A program made the position numbers and the translations under genes. From a virus (taxonomy: Duplodnaviria > Caudoviricetes), in IMG/VR virus record IMGVR_UViG_3300017821_000056, positions 64,211 through 128,210 of that record: a DNA stretch of 64,000 nucleotides; one strand, written 5' to 3'. The stretch's first letter is position 1; the number at the start of each line of letters is the position of its first letter. Shown piece by piece: positions 38,893 to 50,318 of the stretch. The notes below the pieces were generated by a model. The model saw only the letters and a program-made list of their open reading frames with translations, was not told where the DNA came from and searched no databases.

Positions 38893-39366
38893 GTGGCACC
38901 GCGCTGGATCTGGGTCAGCCTCCCCTACGCAACCTTCGGGCTGGCAGCAGAGAACGGGGTAGTGGTGGAGGCGGCCCCCATAGCCCGGTGGGCGGCCGGC
39001 CGCGGGGAACGGGAAGTAGCGGCGTACTACAAGCGACGGCGGGCGGTGTTCCGTGACCTGCCCGACGGGCCGTGCCGGGCCTGGATAGAGTTCCCCCGTG
39101 ATGCCGGATGGGGAGACGTCCAGGTGGTGAGGACGCGGCTGGCAGCGGAGCTCGATTACGTCGTTGCCGAGCTTCGCGGCGCGGGCCCGGTGCTGCTGCG
39201 GTTGTCCGTGGCGGAACTCGACCGGGAGGAACTGCTGAGGGTGCCGGGGCAGCGGTTAAGGACGGCAGCGAGGGTGAAGAGGCGCAAAGGGCGTCGACTT
39301 CGCTTGCCGGAAGCCAGCCCTCGTGAATCTTCCCGTCCCAGTACCAGGAACCCTCGGCATGCTTAA
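38893..39366 (+). CDS. Hypothetical protein; apparent natural end at TTA 39256
   Basis: GC3-rich up to 39255. Confidence 0.55.
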   Translation: MAPRWIWVSLPYATFGLAAENGVVVEAAPIARWAAGRGEREVAAYYKRRRAVFRDLPDGPCRAWIEFPRDAGWGDVQVVRTRLAAELDYVVAELRGAGPVLLRLSVAELDREELLRVPGQRLRTAARVKRRKGRRLRLPEASPRESSRPSTRNPRHA

Positions 39367-39673
39367 GGCCCCCCGAGCACTGGTAGCCTCCCTCGCGGCA
39401 CGGTCCCTGTGAGCCGACGCGTCCGTAACCCCGGCACTTCGGGCACGACCACCACCGGCACCAGTAACCCTTGCGGAACATCTCGATCAGCGCATCGGGA
39501 TGCTTCGTGCACTGGATCGAGTCCTCGTGCAGGTAGCAGTCCTCTACGTCGGTGTACTCGATCAGGTGGCCGGTCGCGTCTAGCGGACCCTCAACGACCG
39601 CGGCGGCCCATGCGGTCAAGTGCCGCCATGACTTGCACTCGCCGCAACGGTAGGCGCCTTCGGCCGTCGTCAT
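39257..39673 (-). CDS. Cys-rich hypothetical protein; apparent natural end at TTA (39259-39257), formal stop at 38915
   Basis: CGEC, CPKC; SD motif upstream. Confidence 0.55.
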
Positions 39674-39703
39674 CTTCCTCTCCCTCGCTGCGCTCTTTAG
39701 CGG

Positions 39704-42700
39704 TCATCCGGCCGGGGGTGTCGTGGTGATCTGGCCGGGCTCCGCGAGGTCGTCCCATCGGCTTGCCAGGACCGTGAAGCCGCCAGCCTTGCAGACGGTC
39801 TCGAAGCGGTGAACCCGCTTGCGCTTGACCATGCCCCAGCAGTTCCGGCACATGATCCCGGCGTTGGCTTCATACGGGAAGGGAGCCGGGCAGGTGCAGG
39901 GGCAGTCCGGCTCGCAGCGGAAGTGGGTCGCGGGGTGGCCGGGGTCGAATAGCCCGGTGTCTCCGTCCACAGATCCTTCTCCCTCGGTGCGCTCTTTGGC
40001 GTTCACGGCCCGTTCTCCGCTGCACCGCGATCAGGCCGGGCGAACCACGTGCGGCAGCGAGGGCACCACCACAGGCCGCAATGAGGGCAGCGGTACAGGT
40101 CGGCGTTGAAGTAGGTCCGGCAGTGCTCGTGCATCACGGTCGCTTCCCGAAGAACCCGAGGCCCACGGCGACGATCAGCGCCCCGGCCAGCGGCAGCAGC
40201 GAGCCCGTCACAGTCATCACCGCCAGCGCCGCCATGGATACGGCGTACATGGCGGCGATCTCGACGGGACGGATCATGTCGGACGGCCATGTGACCCAGC
40301 GGATGATCTTCCAGCCGAGGCGCAGCTGTTCCCGCCAGGGCATCATTGCGGCACCTCTTCCCACGGGCTGCGGGTCACTGTGCGGCGGACGAGCCGGCCG
40401 TTCAGCCTCGCATGGTCAGCAACGGACTGGCGTGCCGCCTTCTCGTCGCGGCCATAGTCGTGGACGTCGGTCAGGCAGTCATCGTGACGCATGCCCCACT
40501 CGGTCACAATGGTTTCGGCGCGGCCCGTGACGATGGCCTCAGCCTCGTCCAGCTCGCGAGTGAGATCCGGTTCCTCAGACAGCACCGGGCACCTCCGGGA
40601 TGAGTCCTTGCTTGCGGCCCCACCGGAGCCACGCCTGCCGACCGCCCTCAATCGTGGTCTCACCACGCGCCTCGTCGTTGCCGGTGAGCACCGTCAGCGC
40701 CCAGAACCAGTAACCGCCCTCCCCGGCGAGGTCTTCCAGGATCAGCGGCACGACGCGGGGGCCGAGGCCGATGATCTGCTGGTAGGAGAGGTCCAGGATG
40801 ATGTGCTGGACGTTCGACTCAAATGAGGTGGCTGCGTGCCAGTCGTGCTTGAGCTGAGCGAACCGGCGGCGCAGCTGGTCGTCCGGTTTCACTCCCCATG
40901 CTTCGGCTAGGAGGGGTGCGGCTGCTTCCAGGGCAGCCCTGGCGAGACGGTCAGGCTCGACGCCGTTGGCCCGGTCGAGCTCATCACGGATGGCTGTCCC
41001 GGCAGCAGCGAGGATAGGAGCCGGGATCTCAGTGCTCATCGCTGCCAGCCTCCTCCCCGGTCAGGGCAGCCGTGATGGCCGCGCGGAGCTTCCTGGCGCA
41101 CTCCTCGAATGCCTGAGCGCGCATGCTCGTCGCAACCCGGGACTGCGGGTCGGCCGTTGACTGAGCCAGTGCGTCCAGCCTCGCCGTCTCCTGCTCCCAG
41201 CCGCCGGGCAGCTCCAGTGCTGCCCCTACAGCAGCAAGGAGAAGCGGTACGTCATCAGCGCTCGCCCTGATGTCCTCTACGTAGGCAGGGCCGTCAATGT
41301 ACAAGTGGCGCGCCCTGATCCCGGCCAGGATGGCGGAGGGGTCGGCGTCAGTCATCGCGAAGGCCCTCGGCCTTATACCCGCGTGCCCGCAGCCAGTAGT
41401 TGGCGCAGTCGTAGTCACAGGTGCAGCGGGAGCCGGTGCCGTTCGGAGCGGTCACGCACGGGCGGTGGTCGGCGATGATCTGCCGGGCTTCGGCTGATTC
41501 GAGCGGGCTGCTCATCAGTCCTCCTCTGTTCCTGCCCCCGCAGGGGCGGCAAAGTAGATGGGGTGGTGCGGCCGGTAGACGCAGAAGCCATCCTCGTCAC
41601 GGGGCAGCCCGCAGCACTTGTCAGCCTTGGCCGGGTCGGCAGTGACGAGGCCGCGCCGGATCAGCATCTGCACGAACTCTGCCTCGGTCACTGGTCTTCC
41701 TTCCCTGCTGCTGTCGCAGCGGTCACCTGGACGGCGGCCCTGCGCTCTTGCATCCTGAGCAGTTGCCGCGCCTTGCGCCGGGCCTCAGGTCCGGGCCGGG
41801 GCAGGTCCCGCTTCCCGTGCTCCGCAGCCTCGGCACCGGAGGCGAACAGCGGCACCGGGGAAACGTAGTCGTAGATGGCCGGGTCGACGTCGCGCCCGTG
41901 CATCCTCATGGCGAGGTTGTTGAACATGTCGTGGCAGCCGGCCCAGCCTGCGCACAGGTGCTCCTGCTGGGAGTGGCAGTGGAACAGGCCGGTCGCGCGG
42001 GCCGTCAACTGCTCAGGGACGTCGCCGTCGTAGCCGGGGAGCTTGCCGTACTCGCTGGCTGCCCAGATGCCGGACGGGACATCGCGGCGGTATGGGCAGG
42101 TGGGGCAAGGGCGCTTGCGGACGGTTATCACGGCTGCACCTCCTCTGGGAAGACCGCGCCGAGGGAGGAGACGAACCGCTCCAGCCACGTCTCAGCCTCA
42201 GCTTTGAGCTCGTCCGGGTCGTCGGCGTAGCGGCGCTCGCCTAGCGCTATGGGGTAATAGGAGGAGAGCGTCCACCGGGGCGTGTGGCTGCTGGGCGGGT
42301 AGATCCTGAACGCCTCGGCTGTGAGGCCGACGGCGTAGCCGATGAGGCTGCCCCTGATGCCGCCGTACGGCTGGTCGTCCTGCCAGCGGATGTGCTCAGT
42401 CATGGCTGGCATTCCTCTCCGTCCTCAGCGCACGGGCATCCGTCAAGGTCGTCCGGGTCAAGGTGGACGTACCGGCCCGTGACCAGCTCGCGCTTGAGTT
42501 CGTGGGAGCAGGTGAAGCACCAGATGTCGGTCATTGCCGGTCTCCGTCCTCAGCAGCAAGGAGAGAAGCCAGCTTCTCGGCGTCCTCAAGGCTGAGGATC
42601 AGGTCGCGGGCCGCAGTGGAGAACCGGGGGCTGACGCCGCTAGCGATGAGGACGAGGCGGATCTTGGCGGCCCGGTCGTCCAGCACCTTCGCTGCGGCGG

Positions 42701-43699
42701 CGAGTGCTGCTTGCCGCCGCGCCTTCTCTTCGGCTGCTTCCCGTCGCTGAGCCATGACCTCATCCCACGGGCCGAGGACGGGCGCGAGCCGGATGAGGAG
42801 CATGAGGCCGATCTCATCGTCCAGGTGCTCCCATCCGGCAGCCTGCGCGTCCGCGAGCGTGACCTTGGCCATGCGGGCGGCTACCTCGTCCCGGTCCATG
42901 CGACGGGTGAACTGGTCGCGCATGATGGCGACGAGATAGCCCGTTGAGCCAGAGCCGTAGGTGCCGGAGCGCGGTTTCGCATCGTCCGCAGCCTTGCGGA
43001 AACGAGTTCCGAGTTCGCTGCGGGGCTGGCTCGCGTAGAGGTCGGCGCTCAGGAGCATGACCGGCTTCGGGTCCTGGTACTTGCCCTCTTGGTAGGCGTA
43101 GACCACGCCGGGCTTGATGTCCTGCTTCCTCATCGGTTACGCCTCCTTGGCCGTGACGATCAGGCGGGGAAGCTCGGGGCGCATCTCGACTGCGTAGCCA
43201 GCGGCATCGATGGCCCTGGCATACCGGGTAAGCTGCGCCAGCCTTTGCGTCATCGACGTGCCCATCGTGACGGAGGAGTAGCGGACCTCCACCTCGGGAC
43301 CGGCGCCGTATTTCGACACGCTGTACCCGGAGACGCCTCTGCGGAGCTTTGAGACGGCGCGGGTGAACCCGGCAGTAGCCAGCAGGCGGGAGATGCCGGA
43401 AGCGGTGGGGGTCTTGGGGGTCACGGGGTCGCCTCCTCGTCCAGCACCCTCAGCAGGTCGCGCACTGCGTTGGCCAGGACGAAGGCCCGGTCCAGGTACA
43501 GAACCTCCGTATTCGTGTCCCACTGCTCGAGGGCCTGCCTGAGCTTGTGCTGCCGCCACTGACGTTCGGTCCAGCCGTCCGGGCGGCCCTGGGGGGCGGG
43601 GGTCTTGGGGGTGGGGGTGGGGTTGGCACCCTCCCGGAGGTGGGGGTCATGGTTGGCACCCTCCCGCCTTGACGGGCCGGGATTTCTTGAGGTATTCAT
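39704..43699 (-). other. Run of small, overlapping early genes (mostly hypothetical)
   Basis: ATGA/GTGA-coupled ORFs, e.g. 40575-41039, 42531-43133, 43137-43424. Confidence 0.6.
41688..42131 (-). CDS. DUF6283-like protein
   Basis: PCPTCPYRRDVPSGIWAASEY.KLP.YD...FHCH...CAGW..CH. Confidence 0.7.
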   Translation of the reverse strand: MITVRKRPCPTCPYRRDVPSGIWAASEYGKLPGYDGDVPEQLTARATGLFHCHSQQEHLCAGWAGCHDMFNNLAMRMHGRDVDPAIYDYVSPVPLFASGAEAAEHGKRDLPRPGPEARRKARQLLRMQERRAAVQVTAATAAGKEDQ

Positions 43700-44934
43700 G
43701 CTGCCCTCCTAGTGGTTCCCGCTGCTGCTTTCGCAGGCTGATGCGGGCGTACGCCCCGTACCCCGGGGCCTGCGCAGGGATCAGCCAACGAGGCCAGTCC
43801 CCGGGCAAGGATGTTCTTCGCAGCATTCGCGTCTGCGTGATCAGTGTGGCCGCACTGCTGGCACCGGAACTCCGCTTGGCTCTCGCGGTTGCCCGGTGAA
43901 GTGTGGCCGCACACGCGGCACTGCTGCGACGTGTGTTTCGGGTTGACGTAGACGACCAGCGCGCCCGATGCGGCAGATTTCTGTTCCGTCCGGGTGGCTA
44001 GGTAACCCCAGCACGACGCGAGGATGCCTCGGCTCAGGCCGGCCTTGGCGCGTGCGCCGTTCCGCAGGTGCGTGCCCGGCTGCTCAGGATCGGGCCTTGG
44101 CTTCGGCTTGCGTACCATCCCGGCCGTGTTCAGCTTCTCGAACACGATCAGGTCATGCTCCATGACCAACCGCGTTGAGACCTTCTCGGCCCAGTCCTTC
44201 CGCCGGTCGGTGACCCTCGCCGTGATGCGTGCCAGTGTCAGGCGGCTCTTTTCGCGCTTCCGTGACCCCTTCTGCTGCCGGGCCAGCCGCCGCTGGAGTG
44301 CCAGGTACCGCGCTGCGCGGCGGTCGCTGATCCTCGGTGCCCGGTAGTGCTGCCCGTCCGAGGTCACCAGCGCCGTGCGGACGCCGCGGTCGATGCCGGT
44401 GACGGCTCCGGTCGGTTCGCGGTCTATGGCGGGCTGCGGGCCAGGGAACGAAACATGCCATCGGCCGGCCCGGTCGAGGGTGACGCGGGCCATGCCGAGC
44501 CTGCCGGGGAGATCCCGCGTCCACCGGAATCGCACCCACCCGCACTTCGGGACGAATACCTCAGCCCACCGGCGGTTCAGTTTGCGGACCTTCGTATCGC
44601 GGATGACGAACCCGCGCGTCCCGCGCTTGGCACTGCGCCAGGTCGGTTTTCCTGCGGGGTTCTCGGGGTCAAGGAATGCGGCCATCGCCTTGTCGAAGTC
44701 CCGGAGGGCCTGCTGCTGGACAGATGACGATCCGGCGGCCAGCCATGGTTCGGCGGCGCGAGCTTCGGCGAGTTGCCGCTGGCGTTCAGCCGCCCCCGGT
44801 GCACTTCCGCGTCCGGGCCTCCACCACGACTGCTGCTCGACGGCTAGGTTCCAGACGAACCGGGCGTGAGCGCAGTGCTCGCGGAGGATTGCTTCCTGTG
44901 CAGTGTCAGGGTAGAGCCGGTAGCGAGTCGCCAT
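43696..44934 (-). mobile_element. tnpB: IS200/IS605-family TnpB RNA-guided endonuclease (no tnpA)
   Basis: RYRLYP..Q, ARFVWNLA; RuvC residues GIDRG, VFEKL, HADANAAKNI; TSQQCRVCG...FRCQQCG zinc ribbon. Confidence 0.92.
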
Positions 44935-44953
44935 CGATCCTCCCTGAAGTAAG

Positions 44954-45004
44954 TTGCGCTCTACAGTGCAACCCTACAACGCTTGCTCTCCAGAGCGCAA
45001 CCCT
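44954..45004. promoter_or_regulatory. Two imperfect palindromic operator-like sites between tnpB and the divergent HTH gene
   Basis: TTGCGCTCTACAGTGCAA-CCCT and TTGCTCTCCAGAGCGCAA-CCCT, 29-bp period. Confidence 0.6.
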
Positions 45005-45018
45005 GTTACCGTGATGAG

Positions 45019-45198
45019 GTGCTGAGCACCACGCAGGTAGCCGACATGGCCCGCACGACGCGCCACACCGTTGAGCGCGAGATCGGACGCGGCAACCTGA
45101 AAGCCGAGATGGTCGGCGGCCGGTGGGTGATCGACCCGGCCGAGGCCGAACGCTGGGCGGCGCAGTTCCGGCCCTACTCGGCGCTGCGCAAGAACTGA
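45019..45198 (+). CDS. HTH_17/MerR-like DNA-binding protein
   Basis: LSTTQVADM...TVEREIGRGNLKAEMVGGRWVI. Confidence 0.75.
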   Translation: MLSTTQVADMARTTRHTVEREIGRGNLKAEMVGGRWVIDPAEAERWAAQFRPYSALRKN

Positions 45199-45245
45199 CA
45201 CGCCGGTCCCGCCGGTAGGCGACGTAAGGGTGAAGGCCCACACGC

Positions 45246-46528
45246 TCACGACAGCACCCACTCCGGTCGCACGGGCCTGCGGTCACCGTACGGCTCGTGA
45301 TCGAGCGTCCACCGGACATCGCGGTTCTCCAGGTCGTCGCCCCAGTACGCCCGGCACTGCGCGCAATGACCACCCGCCCAGCCGGGCGCACAGGTCACAG
45401 GCTCCAGGGGGACGCGGTGAGTAGGGCAGAAGCCTTCGCTGACGGCAGCCCACTGGGGGAGCCACCAGGCGCGCCACTCGGCCAGCGCCTCGGCCTCGGT
45501 CATCACCTGGCCTCCCTTGTCCTTGCCGTCTCTGACCGCTCCACCCCGGCGTCGCTGTGCGCTTCGGCGATATGAGCCGCGACGGCGACCAGCAGTTCCC
45601 GGAGAGTCTCCCAGTCCGGGAAAACGTGATGACAGGGTTCGTGCCAGGTGCGGATGCCGGTCTTGCACCTGCGATCCGGGCGGCTCCGGGACTCATAGTG
45701 CGCACACACGAACTCCGTGGACGTGTTGCGGTCCCAGTCGGAGGAAGCCCAGTAGTCCACCGGCCAGTCCAGCGCCCTGTCTGCGTACGCAGTCACCGTG
45801 CCGTTCTTCTCCTCGCTGCGTTCTTCATCCCCCAGCACCACGTGCGGACGGGTATGCGTTTCCGCGCAGCCGGGCGGGCAGCCCCACATGATGGAGCGCA
45901 TGTCCTGCCGTGCAAGGTCGTCCAGCACCTCACACAGTCCGTACCCGAGAGCAGGACGGCAGATCAGGTCCGGGTCATGGTCCGCATGGCGGCGCAGGAC
46001 AGGCTCAGTCATTCGGGGTCTCCGTTGCAGGCCATGTCCCACACGACCAGGACGGCGACAACCAGGAATGCGGTCACGCAGGCCAGGAAGCCGGCGCACT
46101 CACGCAGCATCGGCGTCATCCTCCCTCGCTGCCTTGCGGTGGTGTTCCCGCTTGTACGCCCGCATTGCCCGCACGCAGTCCGGGTCCGGGTCCTCCCCGC
46201 GGCGCCTGTGCCTCACCCACGCCGCGTAAGTCCCGCACGGCTCGGTCACCGGACGGCCGCCCGCAGGCATCATCAGGGGCATCTGCCGCCACGCCATGAC
46301 CACATCGAGGGTGTCCGTCCACGCCAGCAGGTCGGCCGGCGAGGCGTCCTCTACAGGCCATCCAGCAGCGAGGACGATGATGAGCGCCGCGGTCTCGGTG
46401 TCCCAGCCGCGCGATTCCGCCAGCCGGGCGATGCCCTCGGGGTCACCGTCGCGGACCCGGCAGGCAAGATCGCAGGCGACGGGGACCATGGACTCGGCCA
46501 GGTCGGCGCGGGGATCGTCCGGGGTCAT
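45246..46528 (-). other. Small early hypothetical genes
   Basis: Coupled ORFs; PCGTYAAW.RH...PDPDC motif in the ORF ending at 46100. Confidence 0.5.
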
Positions 46529-46679
46529 CCCGCCTGCCTCAGCACCAGGTCCACGTTGCAGAGGAACAGCCCGAACCCGGCCACGATCCCCGCCAGCTTG
46601 TCCTCGTCGATCACGAACAGGTACGCGGACAGCAGGCCGAGACCGGCAGCGACGACAGCGAGGATCAGTTCGGCAGCCT

Positions 46680-47267
46680 TCACTGCGGAGTCTCCGCAGC
46701 CTTCCGCAGCGCCACGAACAGCCGCCCCTGCTCGATCGCGTCATCAACGGCGACGTGCGGGCGCAGCCCGGTCTTGTCGATCTCCCCGGCCAGTGCGCGC
46801 ACCTGTGCCTTGCGCAGCCCGTAGTAGTCCGGGTGCCGGGCCAGCCCGTTGGCGTAGGAGCGGATGTCCAGGCAGGCGAAGCCGAGCGGATTCCGGCCGC
46901 CGAAGCGGTGGCAGTAGTAGTTGACGAACGCGAAGTCGAACGCGGCAGGCCACGCGACCGCGATCAGCTTGGCCTCGTAGCGGAGTTCCAGCGAGTCGCA
47001 CCACCACAGGAAATCGGGAATGGCGTCGGCTGGCTTCTTGCAGTTGGCGGTCACCTCGGCCCAGGCGTCCGGCTGGGTGGCCCACCACTTCATGGTGTCC
47101 TCGTTCTGGACGGCATCTTCCAGCGGGTGCAGCGTGGAGTACCAGTCGCTGACCTCGGCACCGTCCGCAGTGAACGCGGCAGCGCCGAGGGCCAGCATGG
47201 AGTTCACGCCCGGTGCCGGGCCGTCCGTCTCGATGTCGATGCTGATATAAATCTCAGGCCGTGCCAT
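46680..47267 (-). CDS. DEDDh 3'-5' exonuclease (RNase AS/DUF5051-like)
   Basis: IDIETDG, AFDFAF, HVAVDDA. Confidence 0.85.
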   Translation of the reverse strand: MARPEIYISIDIETDGPAPGVNSMLALGAAAFTADGAEVSDWYSTLHPLEDAVQNEDTMKWWATQPDAWAEVTANCKKPADAIPDFLWWCDSLELRYEAKLIAVAWPAAFDFAFVNYYCHRFGGRNPLGFACLDIRSYANGLARHPDYYGLRKAQVRALAGEIDKTGLRPHVAVDDAIEQGRLFVALRKAAETPQ

Positions 47268-49050
47268 CACGTGCCTCCTTCTCGTCGGTGCGCTCTTGAC
47301 CTGCTGCCTCCATGACGTGCCCGATCCACGCTTCCACGGCCGCGCCGACGCTGGGATGCCACCCGAGGAACACCCGGGAGCAGGCGCACACCGGGTTGTC
47401 TTCGTGCCGGGCCCGGTCGCAGGAGATCCCGGCGAGGTAGTGCTCCCGGAGGGCACGGGTGATCCGCTCCCGGAGGGCTGCCCGGAACCGGTCCCGCACT
47501 ACGGCTGCGACCGCTCCGGCCATCTCCTCGTCCAGCGCCTTGAGTCCGGGGTCACGCTCAGCCCACGGCAGGGGCGGCCACGGACGGGGCCGCCCCTGCC
47601 CGCCGGCTTCCCTTGCCTCGTGGAGGACCTGGCCGAGGGTGCGGTCAGAGGACGGGGTCGGTGAAGGACCAGTCATCGGGGTCGCCTCCCTCCTCGTCGG
47701 CGCCGATTATGGCCAGGATCTCCTGAGCCAGGTGGGGGCAGCAGGACCCCGGCAGCTTCAGGTGCCCCCGGCAGTGAGCGGCGATCCGGGCGAGTCTCAC
47801 CGACCGTGACAGCCGCGCCGAAATCAGCTCCTCCCGCTCGGCCTCCGCTGCCACGGCCCGTTCCCGCCAGCCCTGGTTCTCCAGCAGGAGCGGTCCGATC
47901 ACGTCGAGCATCACGGCGTCGGCCTTCCCGTCACGCCACGGGCTGGAGTCGAGCGCTCGGGCGAGCGCGTCACGGATGCTCTCGCTCTCAAGAGCGGCAC
48001 CGACGGGAAGGGCCGGAACCGCCCCCGCCGCATCCTGCGCGCCGCGCCGCAACTGCGAGACCTCGGCAAAAAGGGCATCCCGCTCACGGGTGAGGCTGGC
48101 CGCGAGTTCCTCCCACGTCCGGTAGCCGCCCGGCCGCAGGTGCAGGTCCACCCAGCGGAAGTAGTCATCCCGCCACCGCACGGCGGCTTCCTGCCATCCG
48201 GGCGTCTTGGCGCAGTCATCCCATCCCGCGTTGGCGATGACGCCCCACGCGGACTCCAGCAACTTAGCGTGCGGCTCGGCGCTCCCCGGCTCGTCCTCCT
48301 CGTTGCCGAACTGCGGCTGCACCTCCCGGCTGCGGATACCGCCCCCCGTCGCCCTGGCCGCCAGCGCCCGGTCTTCGGCAGTCGGCTGGCCTATGTCAGG
48401 GCCGGCCTCTCCCGGAGACGCAGGGACCGCTACAGCGGCTTCCGGCGACCTTCCGGCTGCTATCCGGCCCAGGGTCGCGAGCAGCACGGAAGCCACTTCA
48501 TCCGGGGCCGCGACCTGGCCATGCACTCGCTGGCCGCCGCAGGCCACGAAAAGCCAGAATCCGTCCAGCGCTTCCGCTAGTTCCGCCCCGGTGACGGTCG
48601 CCGGGACTGCCGGGGAGGGGGACTGGGGGTCAGGCATCAGAACGGGCTCCCGTCGTACTCGTACTCACCGTCGCCAGCGGTGAGCGCCCGCTGGTCCCGC
48701 GCCCGCTGCCACTCGGCTTCCTGCCGGGCCCGCTCGGCTGCGCGCCTGCGCTCGGCCTCCCATGCGCGGCGGACGCTCTCCTCGGTGACCGGCCGGCCGG
48801 AGAACCATGCCGTCGCCGCGTACTCGACGCAGGCCAGCGGGTTACCGCCCCACAGCTTCTCCGGCAGGTCGACGTGATAGGCGGGCTGGCCGTTCCTGAC
48901 GATCTCCGTGACATAGCCGGTGTACTCGGCGTGCCCCATGAATGCGATGCAGGCCCAGTAGCCGTCAGGCTCCGCAGCTTCAGCGTCCAGCGCCTCCGCG
49001 AACTCGTCCTCGATGATGGTCCCGGGTGCTTCCTCAGTGCCCACGGCCAC
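47254..49050 (-). other. Three hypothetical early genes (47254-47676, 47645-48637, 48637-49050)
   Basis: Overlapping ORFs with typical codon bias. Confidence 0.55.
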
Positions 49051-49330
49051 CCTCCAGGGCTTCTACCCAGCTAGCGAACATGGCCGTGCACTGGATCAGC
49101 TCCTTGACCAGCTTGTCCCGGTCAACGGGGCGGCCTTCGATCACGGCGTCGTTCAGTTCGCGGGCCACCTCGCCGACTTCCTCCATCGCGATGGCCAGCC
49201 GCCTGTCATTAGTCTTCGGGCCGAGCATCGAGTGCTCGCCGTGCTTCAGGTAGGCCCGTGTCGCCTCTGCCTGGATCGCGTCCAGGGTCAGGGCGGACAG
49301 GGCCAGCCCTGTCGTTTCGGTGGTGGTCAT
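49034..49330 (-). CDS. MazG-like nucleotide pyrophosphohydrolase
   Basis: AMEEVGEVAREL...KELIQ. Confidence 0.7.
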   Translation of the reverse strand: MTTTETTGLALSALTLDAIQAEATRAYLKHGEHSMLGPKTNDRRLAIAMEEVGEVARELNDAVIEGRPVDRDKLVKELIQCTAMFASWVEALEGGRGH

Positions 49331-50318
49331 CTGCTCTCTCCTGGTCTCGGTCCGTTCGCTTGGCCGCGGGCCGCATCCGGCCGCCTCTTCTCGTCGCTGC
49401 GTCTTTCCCGGCTCATGCCGCCCCCGTCCTGGTCCCGTGAACCTGAGCCTGCGCATCCCGGTACTCCCCGAGACCGGCCCGGCGCTTGCCGGATGCGACA
49501 GCACGGGCGTCGAGGACGGTCTTGGTGATCGGCTCCAGCGGGCCAGAAGTCGCCGTGCACGTCTCGCTGTCGCAGTAGCACCTGGCCGGGGCGCAGTACC
49601 GTCTGCTGTCCGGTTCCGGCTGCCCGGCGAGCGCGGCCGGGGTGTGTACAGGGCACCGGGGGCCGCAGGCGTACGGGCGGGTTTCCGCGGAGCCGCAGTA
49701 GCAGGTGGTCATGCCGCCCTCCTCATCACGGGCCATTCAGCCGAGCGGGAATCCCACCGGCCCTGCGGGCTGCGCGGGTTGTGGCCCCTCCGGTACTGGT
49801 GACCCCACAAGACCAACTCGCCGCAGCCGCAGGCGCACGACCGGGCCGCTGCAGCCTGCCGTGCCACGTCCGCCGCGTACTGCCGGGCCAGCGCGGCACT
49901 CGAGCGGCACCGGCCGCGGTGACCCGCAGGACGGGCGCACCCGGCGGCGTCCGGCATCGGCCCGTTTGCTGCCTCGTACCGGGTCATGGGCTTACCGCAG
50001 CGGGGGGCGTTCACGCGGCGTCCGGGTCGTCGTTGCGGTGCAGCAGCCGTTCGCGGGCCTCAGCCGCCCGGTCGTGCCACCTCGGCGTTTTCCCGTCCGG
50101 CACCCTGATCGGGTTCGCGGCAGCGTGCCGCAACTCGGCCGGGTCGGAGTCGCCGCGCAAGACGAGGCGGACGACGTACCGGAACACCTGCTCCCAGGTC
50201 CACCCCGCGTTCTTGGCGGCGAGGATGGCGTTGGCGAGTACGTCGTGGTCCCAGTCGGGGCGCATCCTGCGGGCCAAGGCACGCAGTTCGTCGGGTGCTG
50301 GCTGGATGCAGGTTTCGG

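Noticed and set aside
43621-43666. CRISPR array
   Set aside because: Only two 16-bp repeats with related flanking sequence and no cas genes. Reported as a TnpB end duplication instead.
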